Below, piece by piece: positions 38,521 through 51,600 of a stretch of DNA of 64,000 nucleotides. Source of the DNA: Lingula anatina (Eukaryota; Animalia; Brachiopoda); contig CM120640.1 in assembly GCA_051362555.1 (NCBI GenBank), positions 22,864,225 through 22,928,224 of the forward strand. The letters run 5' to 3'. Below the pieces are notes generated by a model. That model did no database searches, was not told where the DNA came from, and saw nothing but the letters and a program-made list of their open reading frames with translations. The stretch's first letter is position 1. Every line of letters starts with the position of its first letter. The translations under genes were made by a program, and so were the position numbers.

Positions 38521-41500
38521 ATGGCAAAGAAGACATACGATTTACTATTTAAACTCCTACTGATAGGGGACTCTGGAGTGGGAAAGACCTGCTTATTGTT
38601 CAGATTTTCAGATGATGCTTTCAATACGACTTTTATATCAACTATAGGTGAGTTGGCATCATGGTTATGATGCATTTGAAAGAAATAGGAAGTGAAACAA
38701 AGTCAAAACGAAGGGACCATGGCATAGTGTCAAAATTGAAGAATGAGTATGAGTCATCTGGTGAAGAGTTTTCTCACTTTTGAAAAAAGAAAGGTTTTTA
38801 TTTTGATGATAGATTACAACGATGATAGATCATGTCACCTTTTGATAAGTTAATACGTGTTACGTTAGATATACCCAAATGTATTCATTTTGTAAAATTT
38901 GTTTTCTGCTGTGGGGTGTGCTTCAAGTTCATTTATGTCACTGGGAATTGCGACCAGAAAACCGAGTTACAATACAACAGCAAATAGTGATAGTAAGTCT
39001 GCCAGAGTGTGTCTACTGTGCGATCATAGTTACCGTTTTTTCCAGTTGGAGATTGTCTGTCTTTTTAATAATTTTTTTTTAAGAACCATGGCATTAATAC
39101 CACTCCATGTCAAGATGTGTGTTGTTACCCAGCTTGTATATAGTTTGGAATCAGTTTAACATAAAATAACTTGTAAAAATGCTCCAACCATTATAAATCT
39201 TTGATTTTTATCACATCAAAATACACGCACTCCAGTAAGTGATGCCTGAAATCAATGTCTCTTTTCTTCTTCTAGATTAGTTGGATGATTTACTGAATAA
39301 TTGTTACATTTTATGGTTTTATAAAGAAAATCTTTAAGTACAACTGACTACTCACATATAATAAGAGTTGAGGTAATTACAGGGATGAACATACAAAATC
39401 AGTGTATGAATTGGAAAATTCAGTTCTTTGAATAGCAGATAAATTGATCAAAGTCCTCACATAATTGAAATTTGAATTATGTGGAAAATGAAAACCTTGA
39501 AGGCATTGCTTGTTAGCCATCAATATAGCTTAGCATTTCATAGCATGTCCAAAGGTCACTTTTAAAAGTGACATTTTGTTTAGTAAAGAAGCTAAAAGCA
39601 AATTTCAAATCAAGAACTAGTATGTTTATAAAGTGTTGCAGAGATGCATTTGTGTTGATACAAACAGGAAATGCCCTAAGTTTTAATGGGAATACTGATT
39701 GTTGTTTTTCTCATTTTGGTATTTGAGAATGCTAATTATGAAATTAAATTCTTTTCATTTTGGGCATTTCCTTTTCTGTTGATTTGAAAGTCTTTCCTGT
39801 TTTATCCTTTTTTTTTCCTCAATAAAAACAACCGAATTAAAGGATATGAGAGTGGTTTTTACAGCCATGTTTTTAACAGACAAGGTGTTGAACTGATCTG
39901 TCTGGTATCTGGTAATAAAGATTAAGCAGCAAGATTACATGCTTGGCTTCTGAATCAATAATGGCACAGATACTACAGATGCCTTAAAATAGCACGGGCA
40001 GCATTAACCACATTTGCAGAGATATAGTCATGAATGTTTAAATAGAACACTTAATTATTGATATCCATGATGGCATGGTCTGACATAGATAGGTAGCCGG
40101 GAAAAAGGCTCCATAAATGTTTACTGTATAAAATTGCATTTCGGAAGTATATAAAAAGTGTTATCAATGTCATGTCACTAATTATGCAAGTTTGCCAGTG
40201 TCACTCTCTTTCAAACTCAAAATACCACTTGTCAGTAAGGAGGAATAGCTAACCTGTGCCCTATGCATGATCCTTTCAAATTTACTGCAATTGCTGTAGC
40301 AATTTAAAGATAAATAGCTAATTTCTTGACAAGTATTTCACAATATTTCAGCATGAGTTCAACAGGATTTTAACAGATGAATGTGATAGCTAAATATTTT
40401 GGGTGTATTTTGTATATGCCACAGAATGTGTTTTTAAAAAAGATTGTTTGTTTTTAAGATGTGAAGAGTAGAATCATGGCTTATAAAGAAAAGTTTATAG
40501 TTATTGTTGTTTGTGTAGATGTTTAGGTGGAACTGATTTTCATATCATGCAAACAAGCTAATTTGCCTGGTATGTGAAACCTGACAACCATTGTTGCCAT
40601 TGGGGATGAAAACCTCTGGGTGCACTTGCTTTAGAGAGCAAAGATATTTTGTGTATTAGATAAGTGTATGCTATCTATTGTATTATTTCTAGGTATTGAT
40701 TTTAAGATAAAGACAGTTGAATTAGGAGGAAAGAAGATCAAACTTCAAATATGGTAAGTGTGGAATGGCATATTTCTACACAATGACTCCAACATGCTTT
40801 ATCATTGAGTATTGATATAATATTATTCATATCATGACAAGCTCTAGAGAAAAATCTAAGTAGATAACTAGTTCAGCTGCAAACTAAGAGCTATAATAGA
40901 TTAAATGGGGTTAATATAACCACATGCTACTTAATACAATCCATGTTCATTTTTAAATACAAGCAAATAGATCACATTTTTATTAGGTGGCTTTAAGCAT
41001 TCATGTGGCCCTCATTTTGATGAAGATATCATATCATGGTCATTTATTAAAACTAAGATAAATGGTTTAAGCATTACCAAAACTCATCTGCCGATGTTTT
41101 ACTTTAGGTTGATAAGTTTTGAATAGTTCTAATATGAAAGTACTATTGAGTTTTTCAGAAATATGCATTACTCGGTTTTTTGGTCTTTAAAAATTTTCGG
41201 TCACATAATTTTAAACACTTAACAATATTATGAACTTTTCAACAGATATGATAAACGTCTTGTGTTATATCAGGGACACAGCTGGTCAGGAGAGATTCCA
41301 CACAATCACCACATCTTACTACAGAGGTGCCATGGGAATCATGCTAGTCTATGACATTACCAATGCCAGGACATTTGAAAATATTTCAAAGTGGCTTAGA
41401 AACATTGATGAGGTAAGTCCAAAATCTATTGTTGAAATGAAAACTTGTTATAATACATCTTGAAAAGGAAGTGTAAGTATTTTTGCAATTCCAATCAGCA

Positions 41501-42243
41501 TGGGAAGCAATGAAAATTTTTGATTAAAAAAGAGCCTTTGAATTTGATTACCAACATGTTTATTGTTTCAGCATGCCAATGAAGATGTAGAGAAAATGAT
41601 TCTGGGTAACAAATGTGATATGGATGACAAGAGACAGGTGCCCAAGGAAAGGGGAGACGCAGTAAGTTGGGCATTCTGTGCAACCATTTACAAATATTGT
41701 GACATACACACAACACCTATATCTGTAAATAAAATCATAGGATGCATTGATTTTTTCTGTTGCCAGGCTAAAAATCCTAGTGAAATTTTGGCTTATTTTT
41801 GCAGCACGTTTTTTTTTTCTGCAGCTGTTCTTTTAGATTAAATTTCATCATTACAGATCGCCAGAGAACATTGTATTCCATTCTTAGAAACAAGTGCAAA
41901 GTCCAACATCAATGTAGAAAAGGCATTCATGGATCTGGCCCAGGCAATTCTTGACAAGGTAAACAATGATCTTTTAGATTTATTTGTAAGATAATTTTGA
42001 ATAATCTGTTCATGTGATAGCTTTGCAAATGGCAATCACCTTGTTACTAGTTTAGCTCTGTTCATGATAAATGTATATTTAATATTGCTATAGTCTTAAG
42101 TCATTATGAGTCCTAGGCAAATAAAGATGTATTAACCTGTATAATGGTTGTATTCTCAGACTCCCAGTCGGGATTCTCAAGGTGGAGGTGTGGACATAAC
42201 GTCACAGAGAGACCAAAACAAGGGATCCTGTTGCTCAAAGTAG
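38521..42243 (+). CDS. RAB10: Ras-related protein Rab-10
   Basis: Exons 38521-38647, 40693-40753, 41274-41412, 41572-41661, 41857-41958, 42160-42243 (TAG). Protein [87 protein letters not shown]-terminus and switch II are Rab10-type; the C-terminal CC is a prenylation motif. Confidence 0.97.
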
Positions 42244-44410
42244 TGACCCTGAACATTTTACCTTCAACTACTGGACTGTACAGAGCACCTTTATTATCTG
42301 GTTATTGAATGATTCATCATGATTTTATCAGTTAAGAGCACTGGCTCTTGTTTAGAAACTGACAACAGTGTTTGCTGCAAAGTGTTTCACTGACCTTTCC
42401 AGTGCATGGATAAACATAGACCATACAAACCACGTTCCTAAGTCTTCATCGACAGTGTTTTTAAGTTTGCAGACCCAGTGCAAAAAGGATAATGTGGTAT
42501 GAGAAGTTATTTATAAAAAAACTGAACACTGTATCTGGTAATTTTTTTTTATCCAGTTGTTGCTTGTTATTTATAAAAAAGACGGTTATTGTATCTGGTC
42601 CTTTTAAACCAAGCCTGAAATTATAAACAAGAGTCTTGTTTCAACAGGAAAAATACATAAGAAAGATTGATTTTATGTGGATGTGTGCAAAGATAAAATG
42701 GCAGATAATAATGACGCTTATCCATAGAACATATTGGAATATATTGCTGGGTGGAATATTCAAATTTAACATATATAATAGAGGTATGAATGTTGTGATT
42801 CCCAGCTGTAGCAGATATTCAGAGCACAGTCCAGAGCCTATATTTTTACTGTTCTTCATTTGTTAAACCTAAATTGAAATCCAGGATGAATTTCTCTTTC
42901 TATAGATTTTCAATTTATGCAAATGCAAAAAAAAAAAAAATCAGTTTGTTCAAAGAGCAAGTCTGTAGTTTGTGGAAGTTTACTAGAAAAATGGAACCAG
43001 ATTAAAAATAAGCAGAATGTCAATCTGTCAAGTGATTTATACTGTGCAAATGACACTGAGGCATCTGGTGACTCTGATACTTATTTCTGTGTACAGGCAT
43101 TGTCACATTATCTTGTAAATAGTGCAGTGCATATTTGTAAACTGCTGTCTACTGTCAAACTTTCACCAAAGTGTACATTTTAGGCTTTGATATTATTTCA
43201 TGTATTGTCAAAACATTTCTTAAAGCCTTTAATGAAAGGGTGTTTTTAACTTCTTGCCTTCCTTGAAAGAGTCAAATGAAATAAATATAGTGTGTAGTTC
43301 TAAGCATAAGCCTGTCTTTAACACTCGTATTTACAAAAAGTTGCACAATCTGCAGAAACGTCATGTATTTACTAAAGTTATTATTAATTACACTTTGTCT
43401 AAATAACATTGTATCACCATTTATGTAATTACTCTAGACCTGTACTGGCATGACTTCATTCACATATTTATTAGAAAGATTCTGTTCTCATTGGGTTATG
43501 TCAAAAAAAGATTGGGGAATTGTCTCTATATCAAGGAAGAAAGGCAGTTTTATGTATTACCTTTCGTTGCTTGTAGGTGTTCTATTGTATTAGTGTCATT
43601 GACAGGTTTATATCCTATGCAGTATACTGTCACTTGCTTTAATAGTTGTCCTGTGAAGTGGTTTTATTATTCACCTTTAAAAGAAAGGTTAACTGAATTG
43701 TTTCCTTTTCCAAAGACTACTTTGATTGATGAAGATTCTGTTTCTGTAGTGACAAAAGGCAGTTGAATGTTCTTAAATCACGCCATATTACCTAATTTTT
43801 TTCATTATGGATTAGAATTGATGAAGATGACACTGCGTATATGTCCATTGAAGAAAGACTTAACTATTCTTTTCTGAAATATTAGTAAATTAACTTGGGC
43901 TTTGTTTTGTAGAAGGGCTTCCAAAGAACATTTTGGATCCATTCTTACACTACACAAGTGGGTTAAGCCCTGCTTTTAGATTAAATTATAGTGGTACGAA
44001 AAGATGTGTATATTTTATTAAATTGTGCTTGTAACTGTGTATGCTTTCAACAAAACAGCACATTTCACATGATTACTCCAACAGTAGTAACAATGTAAGC
44101 AATGTGTAATTCTTGCAGTTTAAACATTTTTATTATGTGCCTTATTGTAAATTGTTTACTGTCTTGGTCTAGAACATCTGTCCCAGTGCTATTAGAATAT
44201 GTTGCTCATTAGTTGTCTTCTTGCTACCTTTATGTAGGAATGGGTTTTTTTTACAGTAGGAGCTGAGAACAGAATGCTGACAAGATGAATAAGTAAAGGG
44301 TATCATTATGTGGTATTAACCTGCTTTCACAGCAGTTTTAGCTGTTGGTGCTTGTTGGAGTATCTCATTTAATAATTAACATGCTGACACAGATTGCAGG
44401 TTGTCATTAC

Positions 44411-44416
44411 AATAAA
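44411..44416 (+). terminator. Candidate distal poly(A) signal of Rab10 (~2.2-kb 3'UTR)
   Basis: AATAAA followed ~25 nt later by a TGTTGTTTTT tract. Confidence 0.5.
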
Positions 44417-44626
44417 GGCTAAAATATTTGTAAATATGCCTGTTGTTTTTTTTTTTCATAATATTGATCACATCTTTGGGAAAAAAAAAAAAAATGGAAT
44501 GAAAGCTACTTGCCATCAAAATTTCTAAGAAGTCGCCAAATAGAACATTGGCTTTGAGTGTCAGACAAATTTCTACTGAATTTTATCTCGTCTCTATATA
44601 GACAAAAAAAAAATGTGACTTTGAGA

Positions 44627-44700
44627 CACTTTCAAATGCGGACAGAATACCTTGGTATTTTGCTCACTTTCAAATGCGGACAGAATACCTTTGTATTTTG
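44627..44700. repeat. 38-bp tandem duplication
   Basis: CACTTTCAAATGCGGACAGAATACCTT(G/T)GTATTTTG at 44627 and 44665. Confidence 0.9.
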
Positions 44701-45159
44701 TATGCCAGTTATCAGTGCGTACAGCAGTATTGGTGTGGAAGCATTTTGAGCGAGTTCAGCGTCATTTGGAAGAGTAGTTACAAAAATTGTCTGACATAAA
44801 ATTGGCCAGAATAAACAGATGAAATTGGTTGCTGATAATTTAAGAAATGTTTTACATGCTCTTTTTTTTTTTTTTTTTTTAATTCATAAAAGCCGCATAA
44901 AGAAAACCTAGGTATTGACTGTTGTAGAACGAAATGCCTCGGCAGTATGCAAGAATATTGTGGTAGATGCGCTCATGTAATTTTCAGTCAATTTATCAAT
45001 ACAACATCTTCTTAATTATTACGCATATGCTATCTCACCAAGAACATGATAAAATACGTTTTTCTTCTTTGTTCTAATAAGCCGGGTGGATATCTCATAA
45101 AATACTGCACAGCATGAGTCAATAACATGAAATTTCCTGGTTTAACCCAGTTTTTAAAA

Positions 45160-45457
45160 TAGGCTTCCGCACATGCGCGCCTTGCAGTGCTATGGAAGGC
45201 GGTGAGACTTACTACAAATATTGAAATCATTCAGGATCATTGAGTCAATTTTTAACTGAAGAGGTTTCGTACAAGCGATATTAATATTTTAACAGTATAT
45301 ATGCAGCTTTTTTTGTTGCTTACTTAATCAAAAAAGAAGTAAGCAGAATCAAACGAAAACCTGCTGGTGCTCCAGCTTCACAGCCCAAACCGCAAAGTCG
45401 ACGTCAACTCGGACCTAGTATTCTGTTATGGATGAGAGAAATATCCGGAGCGTGAGT
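45160..45457 (+). promoter_or_regulatory. Probable promoter/leader exon of the SAM-like-domain gene
   Basis: CpG cluster with NRF1-like GCACATGCGCGC (~45169-45180). Donor C|GTGAGT at 45451/45452 can join the acceptor cacttttcag| at 47820. Confidence 0.45.
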
Positions 45458-47951
45458 AAACTGTGTTGATAATTTTGCTTTAACTCAACAGGAAAAGACA
45501 GGGTAGAAGTAATAACTTATTTTTACTTGGCTTCAATAATCAATAGTGCAGGGCCCTTTTTGGCTTCAAAAGAAATCATTTGATCAGGGTCGATATTTCT
45601 GATTATACATGTAAAAGTAACAAAAAGTTATTTTTAAATAAAAAAGTGGTGATCCTAGAGAGAGAGGTAGGTAAGTACTAGTGTAATTTGCCACTTGATT
45701 TTTAATATTAAAGACCATAAGTTTTCATTCATGTCAAACAGAATTAACTATAGGTCTATCGATGGTTTATGTAATACTTAATCAAGGATTTATACTTGAC
45801 TTATTTAACAAGATGGGTGTATTAATTAATTCATCAACTCTTGAATTTGAGAATGGTGGTATTTGTGTAGAAGGGTTTGTAGATGGCCTTGTTTTGAAGC
45901 ATGCCATATTACTTTACTAGGTGAATAAGGTAGGCAGTAATTTGCTGGTAGTGGAACATTATGTTTTTCATCTCACAAGACTGGTGTTCTGTTTCAGTAT
46001 TGACCGGTGAATTGCCAAGGTGTGTTAACAAGTAAACAACTGTGTGGTATGACCAGGGGTTTACAATTGTCCAGTGCCCTGTTTGCATGGACAATAAAAA
46101 CTTCTGTTTTCTCAGACTGGCTGCATGGGCCTGGTCGTGTAAATAACTGCCTCTATATAACATACCTGTAATAAAATGTTATTGCTACAGGCTGTTCTTC
46201 GGGGATCTGATGACAAAGTATTTGTTTGGATCATCACAAATCAAACCATTATAATTAACTATTTAAAGGGACTTAAAACAAGATTTTGGTGCTATAATTT
46301 TCAAATACTAACTGGCCATTTCAAAATTCAATAATACTCTAGTATGTAAAAATTAGATTTTAAGACCATGCTTTCGTTCATGTGGCTTGAACTGAGTAAG
46401 AGGCTATACACACGTTTGTTGTATTTTCACTTTCCATATTTGAGTAATAGAAGTCATCTAATTATAAATTGAAAACAATAGAACATGCCTTTGGATATTG
46501 GTACAGATTATAAATCTAAATAAAATTCATAGTTTTTGTACAGTGACAATTTGTATATTGTCTGCTCTAGGTCTGCTCTAGATAAAAATTTACTGATATA
46601 AGAACACGAATGCGAATGGTAAAAGGTCCGCTTTTTCAGAAAAAGAGTCCCCCTCTGAAATTGCAGGCTACAGGTCTGTCATCACTACACGGCTTCCTGT
46701 CCACCTTTCTCAAATTAATGAATGCTTCCAAACACATAAGAAAATGATCAAAAGTGGTTAAAAATATGTTTGACATGCAAACAATATATTAAGAAAGAGA
46801 AAACGCATGAATGGGTCATTAGATTGGATTATGGCTTCATATGGTAACCAGTGTATAGGAATGAGGATTGTATACTACATGTTTAGTGGGTGGTAGTGTG
46901 CAGAGATTACCAACTGGAGATATACATTTGATATGTTTACAGCAAGAACAACCAGGTCAGATCGATATGATGAGCATATACATGTATATGTCTGTGTCTC
47001 TTCCTGTCACATACGTCCATAAAACAAAATGAATCCAGCATAAATATTCATTTTTTTTCTTTGTGTGCATTTGTGTGTGTGTGTGTGTATTTGAAATTTT
47101 TAGTAGAAAACAGGGATGAGATTCTTCTGACTGTCGGCAAATTTCTGGCTTCTTGGGAGCCAAAAATATCATTGGCCTAGGCGGCCCCCTGGCCCCCACG
47201 CCATATTTTCCTACTTGTTCACTATGGCAGTCTCATCCTTGAAAAACTGTTTTGGTATTTCGTCTTATTTATAGGCCAGCCGTCAATGGTTTGTTTGTGT
47301 TAATGGTTTATATTAAGTCTGTTTTGACATTATGGTATTTGGTTGATATTTGTTGAACGTCTGACATCTTCTGGAGGTGATGGTAAGTTCTCTGTCAATG
47401 TCTGGTCATGATTGATGCAGAAGAAAATAGATCATCATGGTTTTTATCAGTTTCCTCCCTCCCCCGTTTTGATCTTGAATTAATATATTGTTATATAAGA
47501 CTTAATTGGCATTGTTGAACATGTTGGATTTTTTAAATGCATTATTTCTTACATAATTTATATATAAATCTTTATGGATTTTTATGTACATGAGGAACTT
47601 GCACATGATGCAATATGAAGTATATTCAATTCCACATTGCAACAGTGTTTTGTTTAGACTTCATAAATTAATCGGAAGGGCAATGTTTTGTTAAGAAGGC
47701 AAGGGAAAAAAAAAAGAAATAGTAAGACTGTAATGTGACATTTAGACATGTACAGTATCCATCATTTTGTTTAATTCCATGTTTGAATATGAGGTTCAAT
47801 GTTTATCTTTCACTTTTCAGGTTTAAAGAGACCATGTAAGCCAGGAAAATAGTCAAAGGGATGAATCGGGCCTGCATTTACCAAGAGAGTTCACTGTGGT
47901 TGTAGCACATTTTGCTCAGTGAATTGTGTAGCCAAGGGAGAAAAAGGAAAC

Positions 47952-48281
47952 ATGTCAGAACCAGAATGTACAGAAGGTGGCATTAGAGAACCGTTGCAGA
48001 TAGTCGTAGGAGAGGCTGACATGGACGTCAGCAGCAGCGGAGGAGGGGATGTTGAGGACACACCAAGAAGGGAACGCAATGTTTCCTTCACTGAGTTCTT
48101 ACGGAGGCATGGACTGGGAGAGTTTCTGCACCACTTCCCAGTGGAGATGTCGCTTATGAAGTTCCGTACATTACATGGCGAGGAACTGGAGCAGATGTAC
48201 AAAGTGAAATCTGTGCCTGCCAGGGAGCTGTTAATGAGGGCAGTCAGGATGGCCAGAGGGGACACAGAGAGCGATAATGAG
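47952..48281 (+). CDS. First coding exon of an unidentified large gene; SAM-like helical domain
   Basis: Exon 47821-48281 bounded by ttttcag| and |gtgagt, with coding-like GC content. MSEPECTEGG..SFTEFLRRHGLGEFLHHFPVEMSLMKFRTLHGEELEQMYKVKSVPARELLMRAV resembles the SAM pattern (FL..HGL..Y/F..F..L..L..L..R..L..A). Ends in phase 0. No downstream common exon was recognised in the window. Confidence 0.7.
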
Positions 48282-48356
48282 GTGAGTATCTGGCTTTTTC
48301 TTCCAATTTGGCATTGATTTGCCTGAACCCTACTTTGTCAGGCTGGTTTAATGTAA

Positions 48357-48606
48357 GACCCTGTTCCCATGCCTACATCGATTTAGCAGGATAGATCCAT
48401 CTCCTGGGAGTTTCTTGCTAAATTGCATTCAACTTGAGCAGCTTAGATGCCTCGCATGCCTACTGAAGCTGTAAGGGGGTAATTAACTCGTTTAGCAGCT
48501 TCAGTAGGCTTGTCAGACATCTAAGCCAGTAAAGATAAAGGCAATTTAACAAGAATCCCTTCAGAGATGGGTCAATCCTGTTAGATCTAGGTATGGGAAT
48601 GGGGTC
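48357..48606. mobile_element. Fold-back (palindromic) MITE-like element, copy 2
   Basis: Ends GACCCTGTTCCCAT...ATGGGAATGGGGTC; inner stem GCCTACTGAAGCTG...CAGCTTCAGTAGGC encloses TAAGGGGGTAATTAACTCGTTTAG. Confidence 0.75.
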
Positions 48607-51600
48607 TTGATTATTTGAAAATGTATTTATAAAAGCAATTATTACCAACAAATTTGATAAATTTGTTTAGTTTTAACACGTTTTCAAAGAAACACTTTTG
48701 ACACATTTACTTTTCTGCTCTTGTATTGAAATATATGAAGTGAAGGTTAATGTCAATTGATCAATCAGGCGCTGTGCTTGGTCCAATCGTTGACAACAAT
48801 GGAATGCCAAGCCCTTCAGACAGGTGATGTTTTTGCACATTTGTTGCCTATCTGTCCAATCTGATAGGTGGTTGAAAAAATCGCGAAACCTGTCTCTCTC
48901 TAAATATATGGACAAAGGATGATCAAATTTGTCTTTTCCCTAATATAATTCAACAGGCTAATATAATTCAACTTTATCAGACTCTTTACACATTTTAGTA
49001 TGGATTTCTTTTGCTTTCAGGTGTATTACTTTTAACAATTGAAAAGTGAATTTGGATAGATCTGTAATGTTTGCAACCCTGACTTGGTCTTTATCTTTAA
49101 TTAATAAGTACTAAATTGACAACCAAGGTGGAGTTTTATAGCCCATCATCAAAGAGTTCAGTGGAGTCTGCCTTTTGTCCAACATACCTTAAGGATCCTT
49201 ACTCCCATGCCAATGAGCCATTAAACTACATCTGATGCCCTGTTCATGTGCGAGGGCATTTTTATTTCCCACTGTTATAAAGATTATAGACATGCATTGC
49301 ATAGATATCATGGTATAATTCACATGTTCACGGTCTTCTGTCCTTCTTTTCATTGGAAAGTTTTCATAACTCATCAATTTTACCTAAAAACAACCCTTAA
49401 GAAGGAAATCTATGTCACAGGGTTTTTTATGATCAGCAGGTAGCAACTTAAGTGGTCATTTGTAGGGCGATTGGCCATACAAAAAAAGGACATCAGGGGT
49501 CACATCCTAATTTCCTCAATGTGGTCATTATCAGTCTCGCATCTAATATGCATCAGTTATATCTGAGTTAAATATATGCGTACTCCTGGACCACATACCT
49601 CTCTCAGCATGCAACTTCTGTATCATGAGATTCCCTCAGAAATTAGGGAAATGATTTATGTTTATGAAGGCAAATGTCTTTATCTTTAGGATATATATGC
49701 AAGTTGACTTTGTCTATTTCATGAGGCATGTAAAGAGGTGACATCATTACATTGGAATTACCTGCTTAAGGTTAAAACTGGCACTAGCATATCTTCCATC
49801 ATTTAATTATTGTATTTTTTATTTATCAGATCCTACCATATGACATCATGTTTTAGATGGCGTCATTTGCTGGCAGATTTTCCCCCCATCTTTTCCCAGT
49901 ATATCAAATGCTATGCATGTGCTGTATTTACATTCAGTTCCAGGCACATCTAACACATTTCATGAACACTGGCCCTTCTTTACCACGAGTTTGGATGTGA
50001 CTGTAGCATATTAAACCTGCTTGCTTTGGTGTTTGTAAGATATATGCAGGTGTGAGTTATTATATTACATAAGTCCTCAGTTTACCTTTTCCCTCTGTTT
50101 ATGTCACCTCTGTAGGTCAACCTGGGTTGAGTACCATTGACAACTCAGAGCAGTATAGCGTGAGGGGGGATTATTTTTCCAGTTAAGTCTGCTCTAGATG
50201 GATATTGTTTACTTAATTTTTTGTCATAGTTTTTTTTTTCTTTTGTTATCATACCTGTTGTTTTGTCTAATACCTTGAGTTGCTGAGTCATCTGAAGGAA
50301 ATGCGTGCAACTATCTCTCAGTCTCATCTGCTAGGTGAACATTTATCTTATGGGCCATTACCTTTAAATGGGCAAAGATGACCTTTGTTGGAGAGATTTC
50401 TAGGCTATATGCCATTACTGTTATTTCAGGATAAAAAATTAGAAGTTACATGAATATGTAAGAAAGGATTTGGCAGTTTTTAAGGAAGAAGCATTGTGGT
50501 GATTGTGTCTTTGTAATGTGCCATGCATCTAGCCACAATATGTGAAGGGAACTGCTTAACTCTATTACTTTGTCATGTATTGCATTTGACATTTGCATGA
50601 TTATAGGAAGAAAAATTTGATTTTCAGTCATGCTGAAACTAAATTGTCTTGATGTTCGTGGTTGATATGAGATCATTTTCATTTACTAGTAAAAGATATG
50701 ATATCAGTCAGCACTGCTGTACAAATATTCTGCAGTTGTTATCAAGAATTTGCAAGTCGTGACAAAAAAATCAATTCCACATTTTGCTTATATTTCTCAT
50801 TCATCAAAAAAAGAATACAGTAATTGTTGATTCCTTTAATTTCTAATTCCTTGCTTCAGGACAATAAGTTACAAATGGATGGCAAACATTAGTGAGGTAA
50901 AATTGATTTATCATTGGCCACACGTTCTTACAAAGCTGTGGGATTTATTCATTAATATCTCACTTGTTTGTTGCATGGAGTTGGCAACAAAACTCTCGTA
51001 TCCCATAATGCTTACTAAGAATGTTAAAAAATAAAGCCGGCATCAAGTTCCTGAAGCTGATCCACAGGGGCTTGCCTGGGGCTGATATTAAGCCATTATG
51101 TGTTACTATGAGCTGTATTACAAGACCAGGTACTGTGAATCAAAATCCCACACAGAGAAGATAATAAAATTAATGTTGCACAGTTATTGTAGTCATTTCA
51201 GTTTGAGAAAATTTGCTTTGTAGGTGCACGGCGTGGTTTCTCTAATGCCATTGGGGTTATTGACTGTTTTGTGGATTACCCTAGATAAAAGAAAAATCTT
51301 GATTGCAACTTACTTTTGAGATATTAAAAATCATCATCTCAAAGGCTTATTAATTTGCCTTTTGTAAAAATTTGTCTTTAATTGGACTTGAAATTTGTAT
51401 TGTGTTCTGTCATGATATATATGTATCTGGTATTGGAAACTAGTATCCAAGATAGTTGGAAACTTTCACGTTCATTGAGCACTCTCTGTATGTATATATC
51501 TAATATCAAGGAAGAGATAGTTACCATTTGAGATGACTTCTATTGCCTACTTCTATACGGTTGCTGCAATATAATTTTTCTATTTCTGCTTATAAACAGT

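Noticed and set aside
42506-42600. Imperfect 60-bp-period duplication in the Rab10 3'UTR (GTTATTTATAAAAAA..TGTATCTGGT)
   Set aside because: Short, AT-rich local duplication with no evidence of function.
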